64,000 nt of DNA from Antedon mediterranea (taxonomy: Eukaryota > Animalia > Echinodermata): positions 15,066,001 through 15,130,000 of the forward strand of contig NC_092674.1 of the NCBI RefSeq assembly GCF_964355755.1, in the 5' to 3' direction. Every line of letters starts with the position of its first letter. Positions within the stretch are counted from its first letter, which is position 1. Both the position numbers and the translations under genes were made by a program. Below are positions 52,210 to 63,021 of this stretch, piece by piece. The notes beneath the pieces were generated by a model. It was not told the DNA's origin. It saw only the letters and a list, made by a program, of their open reading frames with translations, and made no database searches.

Positions 52210-52920
52210 TAATGAAAGAAATACAAATCAAATACACACCCAAAATGTTCTGGGATTTTGTGTAATTACTGAATTAAATTCAAACTAATTTCATGAAATG
52301 GCTGATTTCTCTGATACACTTTACTATTTGAAGTATTTAAACATAATACAAACATGAAGAACATGTTAAAATTTAAGAATTGTATGCCTGATGAGAATAT
52401 TATATGCTAGATTGCCCCTGTAATAAACATGATTAAAAGTAGCATTCATCTTTTTAAAAGTTAGTTTTAAATTTAATTTAATAGGAATTGGGCCTGCACA
52501 ACTTAAACAAAAAAAATAAAGTATTTTTTTATATTAAAAAAAACTACATTAATATGGTGGTAAAATGCAAAGGTGGGGATAATTGAAATTAATTAAGTTG
52601 CTTGATGAACATGTTCATTGTACATGCATGTTTATAGTTAATTGATCCCTTTTTTTTCTTCCGTAAACAGGAAGTGTTAGAAAATCGTGGCCAATTAGAA
52701 TCGGATACTGTGGAATGTTTACAAGGCTCCGATCATGTTTTTGAGTCAGATAATTGTTGCGAAAAACAAATAAACATGGTAAACACTCTTTGAACTGATT
52801 TTTGATATTATTTGCAAAAAACAAAGTCTAGCACTAGACATTTCCCAAAATCTTTATCTCACACTATAATTATATATACTGTATAGCACTTATGTTCCAA
52901 AATTTTAAGTTCAGTATAAT

Positions 52921-52947
52921 CATAGAGATATTATAGTGAACTCTATG
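52921..52947. mobile_element. 27-bp micro TIR element/footprint
   Basis: CATAGAG...CTCTATG flanked by GTATAAT on both sides. Confidence 0.65.
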
Positions 52948-54428
52948 GTATAATGTATTTTAAATTGTTGGTACTGAAATGTTGCAGGCCTTTACTAGCT
53001 CCAAATCTAATAATACATGACCTAGCTAGACAAAGCTAGCATATAGGCAAACCTAAAATCAGAATTCATTTCATCTAGCATAGATTATGGCATTATGACC
53101 TGAACTGAAGAATATCATATGGTGTTAGTGCTGAATTCTGTCAATTTTGTGTCATATAGTATATACAGTATAAACATTATAATCTGTATACATATTACAT
53201 ACAGTATAGGTGAAATTAGGAAATTGTTCAAAAGTTGGTAAAATTACTAGAAAAAGGTTGGAGAAACATAAATCACATGGAAAAAATTGTTTTCAACGCT
53301 ACATGCGTACCACGCGCGTAAAAAAAAAGCTCTAGCTAGGCTAGCTATTTCTATTATTATATATGTGGCATACTACTAGGCCTACATCATTCATATCAAT
53401 ATCATATGTGGGTCTGATTAAAATAATAAGCATAATTCAAACAGAAATTACAAGAACTATCCTAGGCCAGGCGATCTACCTGTACTACAGTAGGCTAAAG
53501 ATGCATGTTTACAGTAAGTAAAGTATCATTAGGTTTAGGCCGATACTCGCATACTTTTTTTGGCAAACCCGTTCTGTTATATAAACCTAATAATATATGT
53601 TCTTTTTAATTTACACCAATCTTAAATCTATAGTACAGGTAATGTCATGGATCAGTTGTTGTTCGTGTGCGTTCTGCGTATTTGCATATAAGTGTCTTGC
53701 TGCTAGTTGTTTTGCGAGCATTGTGTTTGGCGCATTTGCATATAGGTGATGTTTTGGTTAACTACCTGGTTTTTCTGTCTGCGCGTCAGAAAAGCTTTTG
53801 TTGCAAACACAGGAAGATGTGATTTTTGTTACCGTGTTGTATATATATATTATTAAGCCGTTGTTGAAGTTACCATTGTAAGTAGTAAAAAGAATTATAT
53901 TGCATGATAGACGGATCATTGTCTGTTAATTTATTATACTAAATTGCATGCATACAACTTAAATAAAGCAAATAATGTTCTCAAATCTTTACTTCAATTT
54001 ATAGAGAAATGGTTGATTGCTGTACGATCTTTCGTTCTTAGTTAGTAAATACATCATTCAAGTTGATTCAGGTATTAATCATTTGTAATGACGTTTAATT
54101 GATTGTATTGTTCTGAATGATAACCAGTTTGTACACAGTGTGTTTAAGTATAGTGGTAATACAGTGGTAAAGTGAAGTGAAGTTATAAACTGACTGTTAT
54201 TGAAATTATGTTTGTATATTTGCAGGGTTTTTTCCTTTCTTCGTTCTCTTTATTTTCTGAGTGACGTTGAGTTGTACACAATAAATGGTCTGATAACGGC
54301 AATCAACAACTTGTTGTCTTTCTGTTGGTCTTGATATTGCATTCATTTGAGCCAAGCCTCGCACGCTTGATACCCGGGGAGAAAACTTCCAAATCAATCC
54401 GGGCATGGTCTCACGTACCACGACAAAT

Positions 54429-54446
54429 TGGCGTCACGGACAGGAT
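54429..54446 (+). promoter_or_regulatory. Primer-binding site, probably tRNA-Ser(CGA)
   Basis: TGGCGTCACGGACAGGAT 3 nt after the 5' LTR; complementary to a ...ATCCTGTYCGTGACG-CCA tRNA-Ser 3' end (from recall). Confidence 0.75.
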
Positions 54447-55012
54447 CGCAATTCAAGAATGACGTTTAGCGGCAGATGATGGTGATTAGCGGGTATATTC
54501 TTTGGAGTGACCAGTGATTGGAAAGCCCTGGATCAACTGTCGGTGAATCCGAGATACAGATAAGATGTATACATATTGAACTATCATTAATTGATGTATT
54601 TTCTTTATGTTAATTATATAGATTTCTATATACTGTATGGGATTTATTGATCACTGTAGATTGATGTATTGTATTTACGCAATTATTGATTTATAATAAT
54701 AATTGACATTGATATAACGTAAGTGATATTGTAGTTTGAATGCAGTAGCCGATTATTTAGAGGATTTGCCTAGTGATGTTATGGTGAACTTGTGTTATAT
54801 AACGTGTAATAATATTGTTAAACGATAGTCTGTTTAAAGCATATTGCGATAATTAAATGTTGATATATGCTACTTTACTATTGTAACTATAATTACAGAA
54901 CGTTAGTGAGATTGTTATATGCTGTTTAAAATCCATAGTGAAATATTAATATCCAATATATTATATGCTACCTTCGTAAATAATTCATTAGTGAAAGTCA
55001 CATTTTCTCGTT

Positions 55013-57517
55013 ATGGCAACTGGTGGTGGTCAAAGCGCGGCCCCGCCTAAGAAACAGACTGCGCAAGGGGGTGGTAGTGCTGCGAAGACAACTGATGTTA
55101 GTGAAATGATATCCGCTCTTACCAATGCTTTCAAGGGTTTGTCCACTCAAAAATCTCCTCCACCTGTTAAATTATCCAAGTTTTTTGGTACACCTAAACT
55201 TCCTGGGCAGAGTTCTTTAAGGGATTGGCTTATTGATTTCGAAGCTTATTGTGACCATTATTCTTTAACAGATTGGAAAAAATATGATACTTTGATAAGT
55301 CATCTTGGTGGCAAGGCAAAGGATGAAGTCCGGTGTCAGATGATGGTGTCCGGTAACAGTAAAGATGCTAAGCGTGCTATTGGTATATTAAAATTTATGT
55401 TTGGTCCAGAAGAAACTGTTTCAGGATATAGTTCTTCTTTTTATTCTAGGCGTCAGTTAGAGGGAGAATCAATAGCTGATTATAGTCTAGAGTTACTCAA
55501 ACTATACACACAGTTGGTTGAGGCATCAGATAGGAATGAGCAGGCAGCCTTAAAACACCTCCAGGATACTACTTTGAAGCAGAGATTAGTAGAAGGGGTC
55601 AGAGACCATGAGGTTAAAAGAGAATTAAAGCGAATTGAGTTGGCGTTCAGAGGGAAGACCTTTCTTGAAATGAGGGAGGAGGTTGTAGAATTGTTTAAAG
55701 GGGAACGAGTAAATACTAAACCAAAAATTCACGGGGTAGAGTGTGTAGATTACGGTCTGACTGAGATGAAACAAGAATTGCAATCTTTTCTTAAGCAGCA
55801 AATCAATGAGACCATTGATAACAAATTCGGTGCATTATTGCAATCTCAACGTCCTAAATTCCATTCAGATGTTCGTTCTAATATTTCTCGTAGATGTTTC
55901 AATTGTGGTAACGAAGGTCATAGTAGAAACCAATGTAGTGTCCCTCCTGGTTTGTGTTGGACTTGTAAAAATCCAGGTCATTTTGCGTATGCTTGTCCTA
56001 GTAAGTATAGTAGAAACCAAAATGTCAATTATAACTCATCTATTAATCCTTCTCAACAGAGTGTTGTTCCGCAATCGTCATCAGGTATCCAGAGTAAGGA
56101 TACACAGATATGTCACGATGTCCGTGCCCCTGTTGCAAGTGCAGATACAAATATTTCTAATGCTATACCTAATTCACATGTTCAAAATACCGTGTTATTC
56201 GAGAAATTAGTTGCTAGAAGTCCTTGTACTACTATGAGTGTTGGTTCCGCTGAACTTGGGTGTATTTTAGACACCGGAGCTGAGGCATCAATTATTCCAT
56301 CATCCATATACCATAACATACTAAAGCCTGAATGTGGTGAACTGGGTAGTGTTGGTGGGTTGTTCATGAATGTTATTGGGGTCTGTGGGGTTGAGGTACC
56401 CATAGAAGGGTACATTGAAATTCCCGTTGTGATTGCTGATCAGCAACTTAAGGGTAGTTTTCTGGTTGTCTCCGACATCGCCGTTAAGAATAAGCAAGTA
56501 AATTATCCGATTCTTATTGGATGTAATATTTTACGCCAGTTGCATGGTTTCAGTGGTCTACATGAGTTGCGACAACTGGTAGATGAGCATCCTTCGGCGC
56601 CCGAAATAAGTAGATCTGAAGTAATGTTGAGAATCGATGAAGACGAGTCCAACGTTCTTGTCCCATTAAAACACATAAATATAGTTGTTCCTTTCCAATC
56701 TTTAAATGAATCTATTAAACCTAATGTAAATGTTGGTTCTCATGCTAACTGTGACTCTTTTACTACTTTGAACAGGGAATCGTCGGATGTTGGAGCAGAT
56801 AGAAGTATCAACTCAGAACCAGATATTGCTTTAGATTTACCTCCTGGGATAATGTTGAATGGTTTGGATCTTCGTGTGGAAAAATTTGATTGTGATTTGG
56901 ACGATGTTTTGCAACATGGTGTGGTTTCTCTGGATGGAGATGGTGAAGGGTCTGAACATCATTACAACAATGATAGTGGTTCTAGTTCTGAGTCGGATGA
57001 TGATATACCCGGTGTTATTGTTAGTTGTGACCTGCCTCCAGTATTGAGTGATAGTGAGCCAATAGTTCCTCTTAGAAGGTCTACTCGTAGTACCCAAGGA
57101 ACTCATAGTAACCCTTTTCGTTTACCTAAATCTGTTTTGGAACAATACCTGGTGTTATGTGCCTTGTTACATTTGCTGGTTAACTTCTCCTCTTTATTTT
57201 CGTTTGTATCTCCTTTTGGGGACAAAAGGATCTCAAGCGGGGAAGGTGTAGTGAATCTATATTTTTTTGTATTTTTTATGTTTCTTCTCTTTTATAGGTT
57301 CTCCTTTTGGGGACAAAAGGATTTTAAGCGGGGAACATGTCATGGATCAGTTGTTGTTCGTGTGCGTTCTGCGTATTTGCATATAAGTGTCTTGCTGCTA
57401 GTTGTTTTGCGAGCATTGTGTTTGGCGCATTTGCATATAGGTGATGTTTTGGTTAACTACCTGGTTTTTCTGTCTGCGCGTCAGAAAAGCTTTTGTTGCA
57501 AACACAGGAAGATGTGA
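55013..57517 (+). CDS. Gag-protease polyprotein (834 aa) with integrase-tail remnant, reading into the 3' LTR
   Basis: Capsid-like region (FYSRRQLEGESIADY), two CCHC knuckles (CFNCGNEGHSRNQC, CWTCKNPGHFAYAC), aspartic protease (LDTGA ... ILIGCNIL), PLRRSTR tail motif; no YxDD or DDE region. Confidence 0.9.
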   Translation: MATGGGQSAAPPKKQTAQGGGSAAKTTDVSEMISALTNAFKGLSTQKSPPPVKLSKFFGTPKLPGQSSLRDWLIDFEAYCDHYSLTDWKKYDTLISHLGGKAKDEVRCQMMVSGNSKDAKRAIGILKFMFGPEETVSGYSSSFYSRRQLEGESIADYSLELLKLYTQLVEASDRNEQAALKHLQDTTLKQRLVEGVRDHEVKRELKRIELAFRGKTFLEMREEVVELFKGERVNTKPKIHGVECVDYGLTEMKQELQSFLKQQINETIDNKFGALLQSQRPKFHSDVRSNISRRCFNCGNEGHSRNQCSVPPGLCWTCKNPGHFAYACPSKYSRNQNVNYNSSINPSQQSVVPQSSSGIQSKDTQICHDVRAPVASADTNISNAIPNSHVQNTVLFEKLVARSPCTTMSVGSAELGCILDTGAEASIIPSSIYHNILKPECGELGSVGGLFMNVIGVCGVEVPIEGYIEIPVVIADQQLKGSFLVVSDIAVKNKQVNYPILIGCNILRQLHGFSGLHELRQLVDEHPSAPEISRSEVMLRIDEDESNVLVPLKHINIVVPFQSLNESIKPNVNVGSHANCDSFTTLNRESSDVGADRSINSEPDIALDLPPGIMLNGLDLRVEKFDCDLDDVLQHGVVSLDGDGEGSEHHYNNDSGSSSESDDDIPGVIVSCDLPPVLSDSEPIVPLRRSTRSTQGTHSNPFRLPKSVLEQYLVLCALLHLLVNFSSLFSFVSPFGDKRISSGEGVVNLYFFVFFMFLLFYRFSFWGQKDFKRGTCHGSVVVRVRSAYLHISVLLLVVLRALCLAHLHIGDVLVNYLVFLSARQKSFCCKHRKM
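57326..57337 (+). promoter_or_regulatory. Polypurine tract
   Basis: AAGCGGGGAACA immediately before the 3' LTR; a second PPT-like copy at 57235-57246. Confidence 0.8.
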
Positions 57518-58408
57518 TTTTTGTTACCGTGTTGTATATATATATTATTAAGCCGTTGTTGAAGTTACCATTGTAAGTAGTAAAAAGAATTATATTGCAT
57601 GATAGACGGATCATTGTCTGTTAATTTATTATACTAAATTGCATGCATACAACTTAAATAAAGCAAATAATGTTCTCAAATCTTTACTTCAATTTATAGA
57701 GAAATGGTTGATTGCTGTACGATCTTTCGTTCTTAGTTAGTAAATACATCATTCAAGTTGATTCAGGTATTAATCATTTGTAATGACGTTTAATTGATTG
57801 TATTGTTCTGAATGATAACCAGTTTGTACACAGTGTGTTTAAGTATAGTGGTAATACAGTGGTAAAGTGAAGTGAAGTTATAAACTGACTGTTATTGAAA
57901 TTATGTTTGTATATTTGCAGGGTTTTTTCCTTTCTTCGTTCTCTTTATTTTCTGAGTGACGTTGAGTTGTACACAATAAATGGTCTGATAACGGCAATCA
58001 ACAACTTGTTGTCTTTCTGTTGGTCTTGATATTGCATTCATTTGAGCCAAGCCTCGCACGCTTGATACCCGGGGAGAAAACTTCCAAATCAATCCGGGCA
58101 TGGTCTCACGTACCACGACAGTAATATTGCTACCAAATGGAAGACCGAAAAAAATATGGATGGCAAACATCAAAAAGTAAACAGAACTTTTCACATGCGG
58201 ACCTATACATGCTCATGCATACAGAGTGGCAAAAATACAACTGATACGCGCAATGTCTAATGATGATTAGCGTTTAAGATGAATATTGCTAGCTTTGCAC
58301 AGATGAGTAACATAAAGAATTAAAATTTTTTATTACAGTATTTATGAATATTGTTTTCAACAACATTACATAAAATTAACTTTCTTATTGTATTCTTTTT
58401 CCTTTAAA

Positions 58409-58987
58409 AATAAACCTTAACAGGCAGTTATTTCAACAACATACAATAAACCTTAACAGGCAGTTATTTCAACAACATACAATACACCTTAACAGGCAGT
58501 TATTTCAACAACATACAATAAACCTTAACAGGCAGTTATTTCAGCAACATACAATAAACCTTAACAGGCAGTTATTTCAGCAACATACAATAAACCTTAA
58601 CAGGCAGTTATTTCAACAACATACAATAAACCTTAACAGGCAGTTATTTCAGCAACATACAATAAACCTTAACAGGCAGTTATTTCAGCAACATACAATA
58701 AACCTTAACAGGCAGTTATTTCAACAACATACAATAAACCTTAACAGGCAGTTATTTCAACAACATACAATAAACCTTAACAGGCAGTTATTTCAGCAAC
58801 ATACAATAAACCTTAACAGGCAGTTATTTCAGCAACATACAATAAACCTTAACAGGCAGTTATTTCAACAACATACAATAAACCTTAACAGGCAGTTATT
58901 TCAACAACATACAATAAACCTTAACAGGCAGTTATTTCAACAACATACAATAAACCTTAACAGGCAGTTATTTCAACAACATACAAT
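58409..58987. repeat. Tandem repeat, 36-bp unit x16
   Basis: AATAAACCTTAACAGGCAGTTATTTCARCAACATAC. Confidence 0.95.
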
Positions 58988-59188
58988 TTAACCTGCATTA
59001 AAATGCTTATGTCTGGCAAAACTACTATTATTAACATTACATAAATTTAAACTTTCTTATCTTATAATACCTTTCAAAATTAACCTCAAAAGGCAGTTAG
59101 CTCATTTTACTTATTTACAACACCACAACATTAATGTAACCTGCATTAAAATGTTGTCACAATGCATACTTGTACATTTAATTATTCT

Positions 59189-60285
59189 TCATCTTTTCTC
59201 TGTTCCGCCTGGATTGTGTCTTGGATCTAGGGGGCTCTTCATCCCATACACTGACCGTTTCTTTCTATTAAATTCAGCGTGAATTAATTCACCTCCCTGC
59301 TCGGCTAGTAAGCCGATACCAACTTTCCATTCCCTCATGAACTGGATACAATGATGTTCTAACATGTGTAGCTTTGGCTGGACTACTCTAGGAGCAACTC
59401 TCATGTACTCTTTTGAAAAAAGTTTGATAGCACTTTCTGTGGGAAAAAAGCATATTGTAACATATATGGTAACCTGCATGATATCTCTTCGTCAGTTATA
59501 GATCGTGTATGATTGATAGCAGTGTGCACTTTACTAAAGGTTGAAAACACTGGCGTAAAAGAATCTTGGATTTTCTTGAATTTTACTTCAAGGAGCTGTT
59601 TGCAATTTTCTGGGCACTGGTGCATTTGTTGTTTGAGTGTTCAACACCATCAAATAGCTTGTCAATTATATTTGACTGAAAAAAAAACAAATATATAAAG
59701 GTATATAAAACTTTTTAGTTATTCTGCATCCTTTTTTTTAAATTAAATGCAGCTGGGTACATTGTGTGGGATTGCACTATTCAATATTTTCTATGAACGT
59801 GGTTGCCCACAAAACTTTTGCCGTGGTACTGTTGGCTAGGGATTTTGTTTTGTCTGAAATTTCAGGTCTTGGTTTAATGATGTTTCCTTTAAATTTAGAC
59901 AGAATAATTTTCTTTGTAAATTCTATTATTTTTTTAGTGTGTACGGTAATTTAATAAAAATGAAACATACCAAATCCATGACTTCTTGTTTTCTCAGATT
60001 TATTTTTGCACCAAGTTCAGCTATTTCTTGAGGATTTGCTTTTTGTCCAACAAGTGCATAGAAGAGGCTATGTGCTGCACATTCTACTACCTTACGATAA
60101 AAATCTGCTAGATTTTCCTCCACATTTTCAAAGATAATTCCAATAATTAATTATTTTTTCAAGGTGGAGGAAAAAGTTTTAAATAAAAAGGAAATTAACA
60201 TTTACTGATTGTGTATTTCAATCTCGAGCAAATCGTACATTTTCTTGAAAAGCCCGAGAGAAATATGCAGTGCTGGAATTGATAC
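59189..60285 (-). pseudogene. Chapaev-like (CMC) transposase, C-terminal exons
   Basis: VSIPALHISLGLFKKMYDLLE (60206-60285) and VQPKLHMLEHHCIQFMREWKVGIGLLAEQGGELIHAEFN; several short GT-AG introns. Confidence 0.7.
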
Positions 60286-61102
60286 CTGGAAATATACATT
60301 AATTAAAGAGGTATGAAAATATTATTAAGCCTGGTTTCCAGTCGACGTAAGAAATTAGAATTTCTTACGACCGCGTCGTTTTTACATTGGAAATTGAAAA
60401 TCGACAGGAAACCGGTTGAAAAAAGCTAAATGTCAAAACGACGACGTAACGCAAGTAGAAATCGTCGTAGTACAAGTGTTTGACTGAAGCTTCCGTCTGT
60501 TACGTCGATATTCGACAGGAAACCGGTGAATTTCTGGATGAATATGCCTTACGATGCGATTTTATACCCTTCCGCTTACGCAAGTTGACTTGAAGTCAAC
60601 TTTCGTAAGCGTAAGCGCAATGATCGTAAGAACCAGCCAATCAATGACGAGGATTATGTGACGTTGGCAAGAAGGTCAAAACTTTGAAAGGTGATAGAAA
60701 GTAGAAAGTACCGTATATAAGAATTGTTGACAATAAAATGTTAGAGAACATCATCAGCATCATCAGGATAACAATACGTTCACCTGGCATAGTTTGCGTT
60801 CAAAAGCAGGTGGGGAAAAGTTACGTAATGATTTTGTTTTAATTGTATGATGAAGGTAGGTTGGGTAATAAATTAATATTCACCGTAGTGTTTGCTTGAA
60901 TCTAAACACAATTTATAGGCATATGATAATTCATTTGATAATGAAAATAAATAATTATTAGCCTACATCATTTGAATTAGGCCTATCTATTTATAAAAAA
61001 GGAAATAAAAACCTGGTAAAAAAATCCAATAGATGAACTGTATATGTAAATAACATCGTGGGCAAATCATAATTCAACGTTCAAAAAAAGATCATCATCA
61101 TT

Positions 61103-62394
61103 CAGTGGCGGATCTAGCGGGGGGCGTGTGGGGCGTACGCCCCCCCCCTATTTTTTAAAGATTTTTTTTTTTTTTTTTTAAATTAAATAGATTTTAAAAA
61201 CACGTATCGTTTCGACGGTCATTTTCATAGTGAAAATAGTACGTCTGAGCACATCGTCAGCTTGATCGCATTTCACCAAGCATGTACGTCGACATCCTTT
61301 GTGTACTATCAATCTCTAGCGTTACCAACGATCATTCACAGTTAAGTGTAAAACTAAAAGGAGCAAGTTGATAAAAGCCACGTGGTGAGCTTTTTTGCGT
61401 TTTACTAAGCAGGTCGGCATCCTTTGTGATCGTCACTCCCGTTGTAGAGTAGCGGTACGTACCTCTGACGATCAATAGAGTTTATGAAGTCACATGGTCA
61501 GTGCTACACTACGCGCCCATTTATTAAATACAATAAAAACAAAGGCTAGGACTGTAGTCCCTATGAAAATTATCCCGTTAGGCCTATATTTTATTAAAAC
61601 ATATTACTATTAAAATATTAACAATGTTGCATGCAGCATTTCATGACCCTTGTAGTGTTTTATTTGCTTTTCCGTCGATGAGTCTCATAAACAAATCGCG
61701 ATGACAAAAGGGGTGTTTTGTTTTTTTCAAATCACTAAATATAATGTAATGATGATCGAGCCGGACCGCTAATTTTTAAACGATCGTTTAAACCAGGTCG
61801 TTGAATATGCCGTGATTTTAATTGTCAAAAACATGATCGTCAGTCGATGGCTCGGAGTTTCGATAAATCTCGCGTCGCATGTGTTGCGTGGTGGAAAACA
61901 CTCTCAGCAAGTTTGCTTCATTAATATGCATGAGACTCTGTGACCACCCCCTTTAACGTGACGTCATTTTACTTTAGCTGCATGGATGATGGATGCGAAG
62001 AAGTAGACGTCACCGCGATCGACCCGGCGCGCGTGTAAGAAAATAATACCGGCCTAGGCTAGGACAAGTTTATGCTTATATAAAAGCTGAAAAACATCGT
62101 CGCGTTGTAAAAATTTAGATGTAAAGTACAGGCAAGTTGTTAGCTTGCTTTGGTACCCTAGGTAAGTATCAGCTGCATGTTCCACATGTCGTAATTTGCG
62201 AGCTTTAGAGTGTTTGGTAAATGACATTATGAATTGTTTGTAAATCGTTTTAAACGACTTACAATGCGCTAGAACGCCAAAATTTCCACCCCGACCGGGG
62301 GCCCTTGGCGGCCCCCTGGCCCCCAGCCAATGTTTGCTCGCTTCGCTCGCAAACCTGCGCCCCCCCCTATTTCAAAATCCTGGATCCGCCCCTG
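61103..62394. mobile_element. hAT-like MITE with 6-bp TSD
   Basis: CAGTGGCGGATCTAG ... CTGGATCCGCCCCTG; TSD ATCATT (61097-61102, 62395-62400). Confidence 0.8.
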
Positions 62395-62490
62395 ATCATT
62401 ATCAGGAATAAAAAAAATAATTCCAAAAGGAGGCAAAAAGCAGGGTGGTGCGCGTTTCTGCATCCTTTTTTGAGGACTTCATTTCACAAG

Positions 62491-63021
62491 ATGCCTTCAT
62501 CTACAGAAGTCCGTGTGTTTGACGCTATTCAAGCTTATCTTTGTCTATGACAAAAATACCAAAGAATACAAAAGTGGAAAACGGGAACAAAAAAATGCGT
62601 GGGAAGCTGTTTCTAAAGATGTTAACGTCGCAGTAGAAGAGTGCCAATTTTTAACACTCGAAGAACAGCATTTTCCAGGTAGAGTGTAAGGCCGAGGCTA
62701 GGCCTACTAGGCTAGGCCCTTATTATTATTATTATTATTATAATCATAATTATAGTTATTATAATAATCGTTATTATTATTATTGTAATAATAATTATAA
62801 TTATTACTTTTGTAGACATCTAAAGAAGGTTAGGGCTAGTGTCCGTAGTGGTGCAGGCAGGGATGACATCCTCCCAATTGGCCATGAGTGGGAACACATG
62901 AGATGGTTGATTAAACATATAAATCATAGGAAGACACTAGAGTCCGAAGAAATGTCAATTTCATTAACCGAGTCAGAAGCTTCATCTGAATGCATACGGC
63001 TTTTTTCCGAAACTCAACAAG
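62491..63021 (+). pseudogene. MADF-domain gene, two exons, frameshifted
   Basis: Exon 62491-62678 MPSSTEVRVFDAIQAY/CLYDKNTKEYKSGKREQKNAWEAVSKDVN..; intron 62679-62815; exon 2 HLKKVRASVRSGAGRDD...WEHMRWLIKHINHRKT. Confidence 0.75.

Larger units (their letters stand above)
53643..58120 (+). mobile_element. Gypsy-type LTR retrotransposon lacking RT, RNase H and integrase core
   Basis: 783-bp LTRs 53643-54425 and 57338-58120 (TG..CA, no difference seen by eye), 4-bp TSD GTAA, PBS and PPT present. Confidence 0.95.
60328..63021 (+). mobile_element. Harbinger-type element left end with MADF gene
   Basis: TTA|AGCCTGGTTTCCAGTCGACG terminus, repeated TCGACAGGAAACCGG subterminal motifs, downstream MADF gene; right end not seen. 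Confidence 0.55.

Noticed and set aside
54206-54421. Antisense ORF repeated at 57901-58194
   Set aside because: Duplicated only because it lies in the LTR; no recognisable domain.
58409-58987. 36-bp CRISPR-like repeat
   Set aside because: No unique spacers; plain minisatellite.
59189-60285. RAG1-like (ProtoRAG) gene
   Set aside because: Motifs fit Chapaev-type transposases better than RAG1L; no convergent RAG2-like ORF or RSS-like TIR seen.
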